Below, piece after piece: positions 9,565 to 18,456 of a stretch of 64,000 nucleotides of DNA. Under the pieces are notes generated by a model. The model was not told the DNA's origin. It saw only the letters and a program-made list of their open reading frames with translations, and did no database searches. The translations under genes and the position numbers were made by a program. Source of the DNA: a virus (taxonomy: Duplodnaviria; Caudoviricetes); IMG/VR virus record IMGVR_UViG_3300014613_000002, positions 10,931 to 74,930 of that record; one strand, written 5' to 3'. Numbering within the stretch: the stretch's first letter is position 1; every line of letters starts with the position of its first letter.

Positions 9565-9742
9565 GCTGCAACTCCTAAAGCTGCTAGCACAAGGGAGGTC
9601 AGACAAGTTGATTGCATTAGAGCTAGGCATAGGAGAGCAAACTGTGAGGAATGAGCTGCACACAATATATCGGAAACTGGGAGTGAGGAACAGGACAGGT
9701 GCTGTGGTTAAGGCTATCAGGAGAGGATTGATAACAATATAG
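9545..9742 (+). CDS. Stand-alone LuxR/GerE HTH regulator with apparent ATA start
   Basis: TLTPNELQLLKLLAQGRSDKLIALELGIGEQTVRNELHTIYRKLGVRNRTGAVVKAIRRGLI; in-frame TAG just upstream; RBS AAGGAGGTGAT. Confidence 0.8.
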   Translation: MTLTPNELQLLKLLAQGRSDKLIALELGIGEQTVRNELHTIYRKLGVRNRTGAVVKAIRRGLITI

Positions 9743-9751
9743 GAGGTAAAA

Positions 9752-10048
9752 ATGAATAAATGGTTACTATCACCCGAAGAGAGGTTGCAATTCAATCAAG
9801 AAGCCCATAGGCTGGCCAATGACTTAATTCAGAATACAGAGGGAGGTTTCAACAGTGAGGATATCGAGGCTATCTACAATAATGCTGACAGGGCTATGCT
9901 ACAAGCCCAGGATGCCAAAACCCTCAAGGCAGTAGGGGAATGGCTGGAAAAGGCAATTTCTCCCGACGAGCTATGGGCATGGGAGCCAGATATTGAAACC
10001 TTAAAAAGTGGGGAGATGCCACAGGAGGTAAAAGATGGTGCAGAATAG
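9752..10048 (+). CDS. Hypothetical protein
   Basis: RBS; shares AQDAKT segment with 4881-5570. Confidence 0.5.
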   Translation: MNKWLLSPEERLQFNQEAHRLANDLIQNTEGGFNSEDIEAIYNNADRAMLQAQDAKTLKAVGEWLEKAISPDELWAWEPDIETLKSGEMPQEVKDGAE

Positions 10049-10173
10049 TCTCTATGAACACAACCCAGAAACTAGATGTTGGTTTTATAATGGTGAAATA
10101 ATTGTAGAATGGGATTCTGTTCTCCTAGTTTATCCTAATTTTTATGGCTATAATAATTTAGAGGAGACAAAAG

Positions 10174-10512
10174 ATGAACACAAATAGAGATAGCAGTTGG
10201 AACATTGGTAATACAAACAAAGATAGAGGTTGGAACACTAGAAATGGAGCAGCTGGTGATAGCAACAAATTGAATATAGTGCCTGATGAGTCAGCTGAGA
10301 GAGGTAAGAGAATAAAGTGCAAAGCAACAATAGAATTTGGTGATGATTTTGGCGACAATACTTGCACTTTCCACTGTGAGCTTGAAAAAGGACACAAAGG
10401 ACTTCACAAGGAAACAGGAACTCAATATGGCGTGCCTTATACCTTGACTTGGGGAACGATTGAACCTGAGGAAGCTAGAGAAGTTTCTGCTGAGGGAATA
10501 GTGAAAGTGTAG
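10174..10512 (+). CDS. Hypothetical protein
   Basis: CxFHCEL..GH.G.H motif; last gene of the plus arm. Confidence 0.5.
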   Translation: MNTNRDSSWNIGNTNKDRGWNTRNGAAGDSNKLNIVPDESAERGKRIKCKATIEFGDDFGDNTCTFHCELEKGHKGLHKETGTQYGVPYTLTWGTIEPEEAREVSAEGIVKV

Positions 10513-11184
10513 TTAGGACTTACTAGGTAAGTCTATCCTAACTAGGCCTTTGTAATCTTGTGCGAAGACAAAGATATGCCGCTTTTGCTGGTATTCGCTC
10601 ATCCTATCGTAAATAGGCATAATCTGCCGATATAATTTGGAAACGCTGCTCCGTTCCAAGTCGGCGAAAAGCAGATTTGCGGGCTTGAGAAGCACTAGGT
10701 CGGAATCGAGAACATATTTGTCGCTTTGCGCCGAGCTTTGTGAGGAGAATATTAATGTCAGTTTCCGCTTGTGCCGAACCATAGGAATCAGCTTTTCCAG
10801 TTGTTGCACTAGTATGTTGTAGTAGTCACGACTTCCCATATACACTGGCAAATCGTCACACAGAAGGGTTGAATATGGTGGAGGCTCAGTATCCAATTGC
10901 TCCAGCTTCAGTTCAGTTACCCAGCTTGGGGGTGTTTGCTCTGGGAAAATGGCATAGGTTGGCTTGCCTATAATTTCAGCCAACCTTAATATAGTGACTG
11001 TTTTCCCAATGCCCCGCCTCCCTATAACTAGAATCACTGAGCCATCCTTATGCCTCAGTTTGATTATCGGCGCAATCTCGCCAAGCTCAGGAATCTGGGG
11101 CTTTTCTTCCTCTCCTTTATCTTTGCCAAACAGATATTGGTAGGCAAGCCCAAGGACAAAGTCTCCGATTGTTGGTTTGGTCAT
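10513..11184 (-). CDS. Genome packaging ATPase, FtsK/HerA superfamily (A32/P9-like)
   Basis: Walker A GRRGIGKT, Walker B LLCDD, arginine finger MVRH, sensor IFSSQ. Confidence 0.85.
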   Translation of the reverse strand: MTKPTIGDFVLGLAYQYLFGKDKGEEEKPQIPELGEIAPIIKLRHKDGSVILVIGRRGIGKTVTILRLAEIIGKPTYAIFPEQTPPSWVTELKLEQLDTEPPPYSTLLCDDLPVYMGSRDYYNILVQQLEKLIPMVRHKRKLTLIFSSQSSAQSDKYVLDSDLVLLKPANLLFADLERSSVSKLYRQIMPIYDRMSEYQQKRHIFVFAQDYKGLVRIDLPSKS

Positions 11185-11825
11185 TTTATCTTTTGAGCGA
11201 TAGTGCTCTCGCTTAATCTTTCTGTTAGTATTCTAACTTGTGTTTTCAGTAGCCTTATTTCCTTTTCTTGCTTCTTTAAGTCTCTCTTCAAATAGCATAT
11301 AGATAAGTGCTCTGCTTGGATTGGGAATAACTCTAGATTTTCTATTCGGTTATCATCTTTAATACCATTCTTGTGGTGAACAACTTCGTGTTTTTCTAAA
11401 CACCTGCCTAAGTGTTGTGCTACTATTAGCCTATGTTCACCTACCCAACCACTCTTGTCTGCTATATTGTAAAATGGGTTGTCTGAATAAATATGAATAT
11501 AAGTATAGTATCCAGGTTTGCTCTTTCTTCCACCTTTCCATCCTGGATGTTTTTCTCCTTTTAGTGGGTACGGATGTTTTTGAAAAGCAAGTTTTGTTGC
11601 CTCACTATGGGTTCGTCGAGGTATTTTAAATCTCCACAACCATGTAAATACTGTTCCCTCAACAACACCTTTAAGTTCACCAATTTCTCTAGCTGATAGT
11701 TGCTTATCCCAGTAAAGGGAATAGAGTTCACTTTTATCAACTTTAGCCTCAACACCTCTTCTAAGTGTAGCTTGCCTAATATTCTCCTTAGCTATAGCTG
11801 ATAACTTGTATCCTTTTGGTGGCAT
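11181..11825 (-). CDS. HNH homing endonuclease with N-terminal HTH
   Basis: EHRLIVAQHLGRCLEKHEVVHHKNGIKDDNRIENL. Confidence 0.9.
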   Translation of the reverse strand: MPPKGYKLSAIAKENIRQATLRRGVEAKVDKSELYSLYWDKQLSAREIGELKGVVEGTVFTWLWRFKIPRRTHSEATKLAFQKHPYPLKGEKHPGWKGGRKSKPGYYTYIHIYSDNPFYNIADKSGWVGEHRLIVAQHLGRCLEKHEVVHHKNGIKDDNRIENLELFPIQAEHLSICYLKRDLKKQEKEIRLLKTQVRILTERLSESTIAQKIK

Positions 11826-12059
11826 TTATTTTCCTTTCCCCTTGAAGATATCAAGGTATGCTTCTGCGGGTACATACTCTACTTTTGGGCCGAATATCGA
11901 GTGGTTAACAATCCACTCCCATCCTGTTAGGCCTCCTCTCATCCCACTCCGAAATATAGGGGTAATGAAGAATGCCACCGTTGCAAATACGGCAATTGTC
12001 TTCCAAGCATTACCCATATATCTCCAGATACGCTTCCCTGCATCTCTCAACTGCCTCAT
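11826..12059 (-). CDS. Small membrane protein, possible packaging pore component
   Basis: One TM segment; adjacent to ATPase. Confidence 0.5.
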   Translation of the reverse strand: MRQLRDAGKRIWRYMGNAWKTIAVFATVAFFITPIFRSGMRGGLTGWEWIVNHSIFGPKVEYVPAEAYLDIFKGKGK

Positions 12060-12207
12060 CTACTGGTAAGTGCAGTTGTGGGTCTGTGGCAAACGAATAC
12101 ATTAACTGCCACAAATTCAAAGGTTCGCCTACATTGGCTTTTCGCCAAATTGGGAAAGAACCTAAGATGAACGCAACAGCCAGGGCTTTCTCACAAGTGA
12201 ATTTCAA
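12010..12207 (-). CDS. Small membrane-associated protein
   Basis: Hydrophobic N-terminus; EAYL(D/E)I shared with neighbour. Confidence 0.45.
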   Translation of the reverse strand: MKFTCEKALAVAFILGSFPIWRKANVGEPLNLWQLMYSFATDPQLHLPVDEAVERCREAYLEIYG

Positions 12208-12208
12208 C

Positions 12209-12340
12209 TTAGCGTCTGCTGCGCTTTCGCCTTCTGGGATTTCTCCTCATCTTAGCAATGTGCTTCATCCAAAGCTTCCTCTTTGCTGACTTCGGGGGGC
12301 CGATTTTCCCATATTTGACTCTTGGTTTCCTTTTAGCCAT
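12209..12340 (-). CDS. Arg/Lys-rich core peptide (43 aa)
   Basis: MAKRKPRVKYGKIGPPKSAKRKLWMKHIAKMRRNPRRRKRSRR; GGAGG RBS. Confidence 0.75.
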   Translation of the reverse strand: MAKRKPRVKYGKIGPPKSAKRKLWMKHIAKMRRNPRRRKRSRR

Positions 12341-12791
12341 GATATACCTCCTTACTAAATAGTTCTTCCTGATACGGACTTAGCTTGCTTAATTCTACCC
12401 ATTTCTCCTTCATCCGATTTCGCTTCAGTTGCCGAAGTTGCTGGTAGCATACTTCCTTATCATGCTTGCACCATTTATTAGAGGGCAAGTCCAAATACCC
12501 TCGTAAAATTACTGCTTCTTGTTTTTTAGTAGTCAGGAAAGGAATTATGCTATCTAGGACATCGCTTATTAGTTGCTTTTTGTATATCCTCCAGCCCCAA
12601 CAATTCTCTCTTATTTGCATACTACCCTTAGCTATATTGCCTTGTAACCAAGACATAAGTAATGGGTCTCCACACACGAAAATGCAGGGTTTGTAATGTA
12701 CATGCGTTGCCTCACCATATTTACTAATATAGAGCGAGCCATCAGCATCAGTTACGCCAGCAAGATAAGCCCATTTAGCATCGTTAGTCAC
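12333..12791 (-). CDS. Single-motif LAGLIDADG homing endonuclease
   Basis: WAYLAGVTDADGSLYI; IIPFLTTKKQEA. Confidence 0.88.
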   Translation of the reverse strand: MTNDAKWAYLAGVTDADGSLYISKYGEATHVHYKPCIFVCGDPLLMSWLQGNIAKGSMQIRENCWGWRIYKKQLISDVLDSIIPFLTTKKQEAVILRGYLDLPSNKWCKHDKEVCYQQLRQLKRNRMKEKWVELSKLSPYQEELFSKEVYHG

Positions 12792-12841
12792 TAAATCTAC
12801 CCTACCTCATAGCCCATTTTAGACATTGTGTTCCTCAGTCT

Positions 12842-12916
12842 TTACCTTCTCCTCGGCATCTTGCAGCGGACTCTCTTACCCTTGACCTTGCGGAAGTAGT
12901 ATTTTCGCTTTGCCAT
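12842..12916 (-). CDS. Arg/Lys-rich peptide (24 aa)
   Basis: MAKRKYYFRKVKGKRVRCKMPRRR; AGGAGGTG RBS. Confidence 0.65.
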   Translation of the reverse strand: MAKRKYYFRKVKGKRVRCKMPRRR

Positions 12917-12950
12917 TTAATTCACCTCCTGAGATACTTTCTATTACCTT

Positions 12951-13064
12951 TTACCTTCTGGGCTTCTTTCGTCTGTAACCACGGACGGTAATCCTCTTGC
13001 CCTTGCGAACATAGGAATAGCCCTTCACGCCCACTGCTCCTCTACTTCGCTTCCTTTTAGCCAT
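12951..13064 (-). CDS. Arg/Lys-rich peptide (37 aa)
   Basis: MAKRKRSRGAVGVKGYSYVRKGKRITVRGYRRKKPRR; AGGAGG RBS. Confidence 0.7.
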   Translation of the reverse strand: MAKRKRSRGAVGVKGYSYVRKGKRITVRGYRRKKPRR

Positions 13065-13074
13065 TTTTAACCTC

Positions 13075-13659
13075 CTATATTTTATTTCCTAACAAGTTAT
13101 TCTTATGAGATTTTCTATTTGGTCTTTTCCGAGTATAAGCAGGTGAACTTATAGTTACACCACTCTGACGAGTGTAAACACAAGCTCTAACTTTAACTGC
13201 TGTTCCTCTCTTATGTCCTTTTCTCTTATGTTGGTGGATTGGTATAACTATTTCAGATTCTTCCTTAGTATATATGGTAGCTAATTTAGATACCTCTTTT
13301 GCTTGTTCTGGTATACTCGATTCTGATATTAAGGATAGTTGTTTATTTGCAGAATACATAATTATTCCAAGTTTTGGCAAGAATGGTAAAAATTTATTTA
13401 GTTCAGGAATATAGCTATCATCAATAACTAAATACGATTTATAACCATTGATTAACCCCTCTAAACATTGCATTAGACCTTGCCGTAGCTCACTATAGCT
13501 AATTAGTTCAGGCTTAATCTCATATACAGACACAATTTCATCATTAAGGAAAGCTAAATCAGGTCTCCAGTGTGAATTAGTTACTCTCACCCTCGTATAA
13601 TTTTGGCTATTGAGCCAACCTACTAGTGTAAGCTCTACCTCAGAATGTGTTAGTGGCAC
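13075..13659 (-). CDS. PD-(D/E)xK nuclease with basic C-terminal hairpin
   Basis: RPDLAF...VYEIKP...GLMQC; tail VKVRACVYTRQSGVTISSPAYTRKR. Confidence 0.7.
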   Translation of the reverse strand: MPLTHSEVELTLVGWLNSQNYTRVRVTNSHWRPDLAFLNDEIVSVYEIKPELISYSELRQGLMQCLEGLINGYKSYLVIDDSYIPELNKFLPFLPKLGIIMYSANKQLSLISESSIPEQAKEVSKLATIYTKEESEIVIPIHQHKRKGHKRGTAVKVRACVYTRQSGVTISSPAYTRKRPNRKSHKNNLLGNKI

Positions 13660-13766
13660 TAACTTCTCCTAGAACGCCGTTTGCGAAGGTAACTTTTAAC
13701 ATGAATTAGCTTACCTTTTCTACGCATAGTATATTCCTTAATCTTAGTTCTCCGTGCTTTAGCCAT
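13659..13766 (-). CDS. Arg/Lys-rich peptide (35 aa)
   Basis: MAKARRTKIKEYTMRRKGKLIHVKSYLRKRRSRRS. Confidence 0.7.
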   Translation of the reverse strand: MAKARRTKIKEYTMRRKGKLIHVKSYLRKRRSRRS

Positions 13767-13800
13767 TAGCTCACTCCTTCTATGTTTACTTTCATATTTA

Positions 13801-13829
13801 ATGATAACATAACCACTGAGCTATGTCAA
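13801..13829 (-). promoter_or_regulatory. sigma70-type promoter for core-peptide/ATPase block
   Basis: TTGACA-17-TATCAT. Confidence 0.65.
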
Positions 13830-13871
13830 ATTATACTATGCTTAAATTTTAGCTCGTCTTATAATCTATAA

Positions 13872-14972
13872 CTACAGCCAACCTCTCCTTTTAGCTTCAA
13901 CAGGACTAACTCCTCTCTTTCTCTTTCCCAAATATAGCTCTCCAGGCAAAAGTGGGTTGCCAGCCTCATTCAGAGGCACACCATTAGAACTCCTGACATA
14001 AGCACTAGGATTAGCTACTACTGGTGCAAAGCCAGAAGGCAGCCTGCGCTCCTTTCTAAAGGCTTCTCTCTGTGCTGGAGTCCAGCGCCACCAAATTCCA
14101 CTGGCGATTCGGGCAAGTCTTGCCTTAGTCGCCTTCGGATAAGAAGCTCTCAGACCTGGCAGCATTTTGGCGAACCATTCACGAGGTGGGCGGGTTTCTT
14201 TCCCTTCTGGGTTAGCCATAGCTCTTGCTGGGACTCCAGCTCTTTTGAGGCTTGCACAAGTTTCGTGATAAACTCTGCCTTTGTAGCGAACCCCACCAGC
14301 GTGAACGGGTTCTCCGCAATATTCGCATGTTCCATATCCACCAGCTCTTTTCCTAGCTGCCCAAGTTCGCCTTGAGACTTCAGGACGAGTTATGCCATCT
14401 AGGTGACCGTATTTAACTGTCCTTGAGCTAGGATTATACTTTACCCAAGCAATAGAACCAGCAGGAATTCTGTGTATAACCTTTAGTTTATATCCTCTAC
14501 TTTCAAGCTCTTTCTTGAGTTCAGAATACTCTTCTGGTTTAGCTGGTTTCCCTTTATAGTAGTAATCCATAGATGCTTCACCATGTTGCCCTATGTGTTG
14601 ATATGCCATTACCATACCCCAGTTTACAGGAACATCTGGTAGAAAGGCAGTAATGATATCATTAACCTTCTTAAAAACTACTCTATCCAATTTTGGATTC
14701 AATGCTCTTGCCCCATAAAACCTGTAAGCATCTCTTGGTTCTCCTCTCATAGCCCGCCTTGGGTTTCTTCCAATATGTCTAGGTTCTAAACCTATGCTAA
14801 AAGCCTCATAGCAACCTTTGTGCCAGGCTTTTCCTTGTGCACTTACTCCCCTAGCCCAAACTGGCTCCTTGCAGAAAAAGCAGATACCTTTATAGGCTCT
14901 CTCTCTTCTCCTTCTTTGCCATACAGCTCTAGATATTTTCGCTCTAGCTTCTCCTCGTAATACTGGATTCAT
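13872..14972 (-). CDS. Basic multi-module protein with 7 Asn-Pro motifs and two LIM-like Zn fingers
   Basis: CFFC..HKGC and CEYC..HETC; NP at module boundaries. Confidence 0.75.
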   Translation of the reverse strand: MNPVLRGEARAKISRAVWQRRRRERAYKGICFFCKEPVWARGVSAQGKAWHKGCYEAFSIGLEPRHIGRNPRRAMRGEPRDAYRFYGARALNPKLDRVVFKKVNDIITAFLPDVPVNWGMVMAYQHIGQHGEASMDYYYKGKPAKPEEYSELKKELESRGYKLKVIHRIPAGSIAWVKYNPSSRTVKYGHLDGITRPEVSRRTWAARKRAGGYGTCEYCGEPVHAGGVRYKGRVYHETCASLKRAGVPARAMANPEGKETRPPREWFAKMLPGLRASYPKATKARLARIASGIWWRWTPAQREAFRKERRLPSGFAPVVANPSAYVRSSNGVPLNEAGNPLLPGELYLGKRKRGVSPVEAKRRGWL

Positions 14973-14987
14973 TTTTCACCTCCTACA

Positions 14988-15191
14988 TTATTTCTTTCTT
15001 AAAACCCAAAGCAACAGCCCAACTCCTCCACCAACACCTAGAACCCACTTCCAGTTAGCTGTTAACCAAGTAGTTATATCGCCAACCTCAAATGGGTTGC
15101 CAATCCCACTAACTGGTAGCCGTTCTCCAGTTTCCCCACACTGGCTACATTGTTGGTATTGTGCTTCGTCTGTGACCTGTCTTACTGACAT
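14988..15191 (-). CDS. Small C-terminally anchored membrane protein
   Basis: CSQC, GNP, TM helix ending RKK. Confidence 0.6.
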   Translation of the reverse strand: MSVRQVTDEAQYQQCSQCGETGERLPVSGIGNPFEVGDITTWLTANWKWVLGVGGGVGLLLWVLRKK

Positions 15192-15202
15192 AATTCACCT
15201 CC

Positions 15203-16240
15203 TTAGAATTCTCTTACATCTCGACTAACAAATGCTTTCCTACATTTAGAACACCAGTAATAGGGCATACCATGCTTGCTGAGATGATGCATTTCCATAA
15301 GCCTACCACAATGCGGACACTTCGCTCTAGGATTCTTGATACTTTTACTCCTTATCCTCTTCTTCCAAAGAACATACCACTTGCCACTAGGAACAGATGG
15401 ATGTGGTTGAAACTCGATAGTTATTCGTGTCTTATAACCTTCGTCTGCAAGCTTCTTGGCGTATCTTTCTGCGTCATCTCTTTGGGTATATTCCCAATGT
15501 TTTCTAAATCGCTCATGATTGAAAATTCTTGTTTTCATCTGATAAAGCGTCTTAGGTTTTGGATTCCTCATATTACCTCCTCTTGGATTCTTTTTGTCAT
15601 AATGCCACTCTATAGATTTCTTGGTAGGGCGACCATTACTATAAAAAAATTTATCTAATTCCTTTTCTGTTCCCACTACTGCTCTTTTACCATCTGCTGA
15701 TATTTCAAAAAATAAACCTTTTTTATCAGCGTATCTATCTGCCTCTTTTACACTATTAAAAAACTTTAATGGATTCTTCACCCCCAGTATCCTCTTGACT
15801 GCCATACCTGAAGCAGCTAGGCCTGCCCCAAAGCCCAAACCTGTCACCATTCCTTCAAGCAAGGGGTTTATCTCTTCATCAGTGTATTTGTTGAGAGCTT
15901 CCGTAGCTTCGATTAAACTGACTTTATCAGCATGACTTTCAATCTCCTTAGTATAAGTTCTTGCACCTTCAATATAACTTTTGTAATGTTCCAGTTCGTG
16001 TCTAACTGTTTGGTAAAATTCGTGAAAAGCTCTTATCTCTGAATATCTCTTTAGCCTTTCAATAAAACTAGGTGAAATGTAAATACAAAGATTCTTAGTA
16101 CTAAACGCTCCACTTGCTCCAGCTATTTCCTTAAACAAAATAGGAATAGGTTTGAATCCATAGCTCCTATAGAAACTATTAGCTATATCATGAGCTACAT
16201 TAATTGAACTCACTCCTGTAGTTAACTGTTGTGCAATCAT
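15203..16240 (-). CDS. Multi-module protein: zincin-like metallopeptidase, hydrophobic segment, Zn ribbon; 5 NP motifs
   Basis: HELEH; CPHC..CSKC. Confidence 0.7.
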   Translation of the reverse strand: MIAQQLTTGVSSINVAHDIANSFYRSYGFKPIPILFKEIAGASGAFSTKNLCIYISPSFIERLKRYSEIRAFHEFYQTVRHELEHYKSYIEGARTYTKEIESHADKVSLIEATEALNKYTDEEINPLLEGMVTGLGFGAGLAASGMAVKRILGVKNPLKFFNSVKEADRYADKKGLFFEISADGKRAVVGTEKELDKFFYSNGRPTKKSIEWHYDKKNPRGGNMRNPKPKTLYQMKTRIFNHERFRKHWEYTQRDDAERYAKKLADEGYKTRITIEFQPHPSVPSGKWYVLWKKRIRSKSIKNPRAKCPHCGRLMEMHHLSKHGMPYYWCSKCRKAFVSRDVREF

Positions 16241-16989
16241 ATCATTAGCCCATACTTTTTATAGAATCTCAGTTTCTTTGGGAATGGCCAATCAAGACCT
16301 GGAGGTCTAGTTTTTTCTAGCTCTCTAATTACAGATTTAGGAAACTTCCGAATTGTTAGCATCTCAGATGGAGCTAAAATTCTAACTCTTGGTTCTGTAA
16401 CTACTGGATTCTTTCTATACCATTTCCTAAACTCTGCTGGGTGAGCACGCTGATAATGCCTCCTGAGCCAAGCCATTCTCTCTGGAAACTTAGGATGCAG
16501 TAATAGGGATTTTGGGACACAACGACCGCAAATTGAGCAACAAAACCTTTCCAGTGGATTAGCAGTAAAATACGCTCCAGCCTGCCCTCTCCAATATTCG
16601 GCAGCTTCAAGGTGGCCAGACTTCAGGTCTCCCCTATACCTTTTTAGCGACTCCAATGCTTCTGGGTGAACTTTAACTGACACTTTAGTTGGATTATAAA
16701 CCTTAGCTATCTTTCCCATTCCTACCGACCTCCCGTAATAGAATGAACTTTTAATCGGGTCATAACTGTACCTCCTAGATATGTCGTATTGAACATTGGC
16801 TAATTTCTTGATTTGGTCTTTTTCAGATTTGGTTAGTGGATTTCCCTTTATAGTTCCCCATTCTATTGCTCTCTTGGCATTTTCCAAGGAACCGTATGTT
16901 GCTATATACTTCCCTGATTTGAATACAAGAAATTTGTCTTCTGATTTTACTATTGTATATCCGTAGTATTTATAAATTTTCTCTTTCAT
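16237..16989 (-). CDS. Basic multi-module protein with 4 NP motifs
   Basis: ~45-55 aa modules; CSIC...HYQRAH finger. Confidence 0.65.
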   Translation of the reverse strand: MKEKIYKYYGYTIVKSEDKFLVFKSGKYIATYGSLENAKRAIEWGTIKGNPLTKSEKDQIKKLANVQYDISRRYSYDPIKSSFYYGRSVGMGKIAKVYNPTKVSVKVHPEALESLKRYRGDLKSGHLEAAEYWRGQAGAYFTANPLERFCCSICGRCVPKSLLLHPKFPERMAWLRRHYQRAHPAEFRKWYRKNPVVTEPRVRILAPSEMLTIRKFPKSVIRELEKTRPPGLDWPFPKKLRFYKKYGLMI

Positions 16990-17007
16990 AGCCCAAACCT
17001 TCTCTTA

Positions 17008-18021
17008 TCAAACTTCTACCGTAATTATTTCAAACGGCATAGGCACATAAGGTTCTAGTTCTCTAATATTAAATTGTCGAATAAGTTCTATAATTTCATC
17101 CTCACTTTTATTCATTAGGTTGTGTTCCCATATAATAAGACAATCATAATCAATAGAATGATAAGCATCTATTTTCCCAGGTTCGCTTGCAGTAAATCTG
17201 CATCCAGTTACTTCAGCACTATGCCAATAATCACCAAAAAACTCTATAACTTTCCTTTTAGATTTATGAGTAAAATCAGGAATAAAAGTTTTGCCATCAA
17301 CCTTTAACTGAATTTTGCCGTTACCAGTATATTCATACTCACTAGGGCAAGCTTCATCAATAATTTTGCCAAGCTGTAATTCGGATTTATTAGGTTTATC
17401 ACGAACTAATCGCAAAAAAGTTCCTATACGCTTCCTTTTATACTCAGGATTTGCCCAAAGTTCCCTTGTCCTTTTATGAGCAGCTTCCACATTTGGTTTC
17501 CAGCCAGAAGCAATCAATTCTAACTTCTTAATTGAGACCTTATTTCGTTCCTCAGGATTACTAAACCTCTGTATCGCTGCAATAGATTGCTTTTTCTTTT
17601 CTTCCTCAGTTCTAACTCTGTAACTATTATGAGCAGTATTCTTTCGCATTGGAATATCAAAATATCTTAAATAGTAAGCAGCCATACAACCTAACTTTTC
17701 ATCAATTGCCCTAGTGCTTAATTTTTGGTTAATATACAGTTCTCTCAATAATTCTTCAGTAATACCTTTTTCTCTTAATTGTCTCATTTTTGTGACATGA
17801 AAACACTCGGGCATAGCTCGTCTAGGCATCTTATTCTCATCCATAAACTTCCAAATATTAGCTCCTGGGAACATAGCACATATTGTATCCACACTCAACT
17901 TATCCTCATAATATAGTTTCGCTATTTTCTCTTTGGTTATACTATAATAACCTAGTTTTTCTTCATATTGTTTTCTAAGTCTTTTAGTATTAGCTTCTCT
18001 GTGTTCTTTTGTCCAACTCAT
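17008..18021 (-). CDS. Vsr/DUF559-like homing endonuclease
   Basis: PNKSE...PDF...VIEFFGDYWH...CLIIWE. Confidence 0.8.
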   Translation of the reverse strand: MSWTKEHREANTKRLRKQYEEKLGYYSITKEKIAKLYYEDKLSVDTICAMFPGANIWKFMDENKMPRRAMPECFHVTKMRQLREKGITEELLRELYINQKLSTRAIDEKLGCMAAYYLRYFDIPMRKNTAHNSYRVRTEEEKKKQSIAAIQRFSNPEERNKVSIKKLELIASGWKPNVEAAHKRTRELWANPEYKRKRIGTFLRLVRDKPNKSELQLGKIIDEACPSEYEYTGNGKIQLKVDGKTFIPDFTHKSKRKVIEFFGDYWHSAEVTGCRFTASEPGKIDAYHSIDYDCLIIWEHNLMNKSEDEIIELIRQFNIRELEPYVPMPFEIITVEV

Positions 18022-18397
18022 TTAACGCTTCCTGTATATATTCCTGTGGCTTGCGAAGTTTCCTTCTACTTATCAAATCTTTATAAATTCTAGGACTCAT
18101 TGTATCCTTATTAGGATAAGTTGAGAATCCTACTTTGTCCATATACTCGTTGTGATTCCACTTAAAAGCATAATGCCCCCCCAATTCATGAGCTAGGCGT
18201 TTATGTCTTTCTTGAGAGCTTTGCTTCATCCACTCTCTCGTAACTGTAATTTTTGGCATTTGTCCGTCTAGAGAAATCCAAATGTCTGGGTATGTTTTCT
18301 TAGAGTCTGAAAATTCTAGCTTCAGCATTCGAACACCAAAATATTTCATTCCTTTTCGCAGGAATTTTCTATCTTCTGGGCTTAGTAATTTTGACAT
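17990..18397 (-). CDS. Putative small zincin-like metallopeptidase
   Basis: LAHELGGH. Confidence 0.45.
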   Translation of the reverse strand: MSKLLSPEDRKFLRKGMKYFGVRMLKLEFSDSKKTYPDIWISLDGQMPKITVTREWMKQSSQERHKRLAHELGGHYAFKWNHNEYMDKVGFSTYPNKDTMSPRIYKDLISRRKLRKPQEYIQEALNELDKRTQRS

Positions 18398-18456
18398 CTC
18401 ACAATCTTTCTGTTATAATACCTATTGCATTTGAAGGCTTCGCCTTCTAAATGCCC

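Noticed and set aside
10513-10533. 7-bp palindrome where the two gene arms converge with abutting stop codons
   Set aside because: Short, inside coding sequence and without a U-tract; not enough for a terminator call.
11070-11100. PELGEI shared by the ATPase and endonuclease 48632
   Set aside because: Six residues only; likely coincidence.
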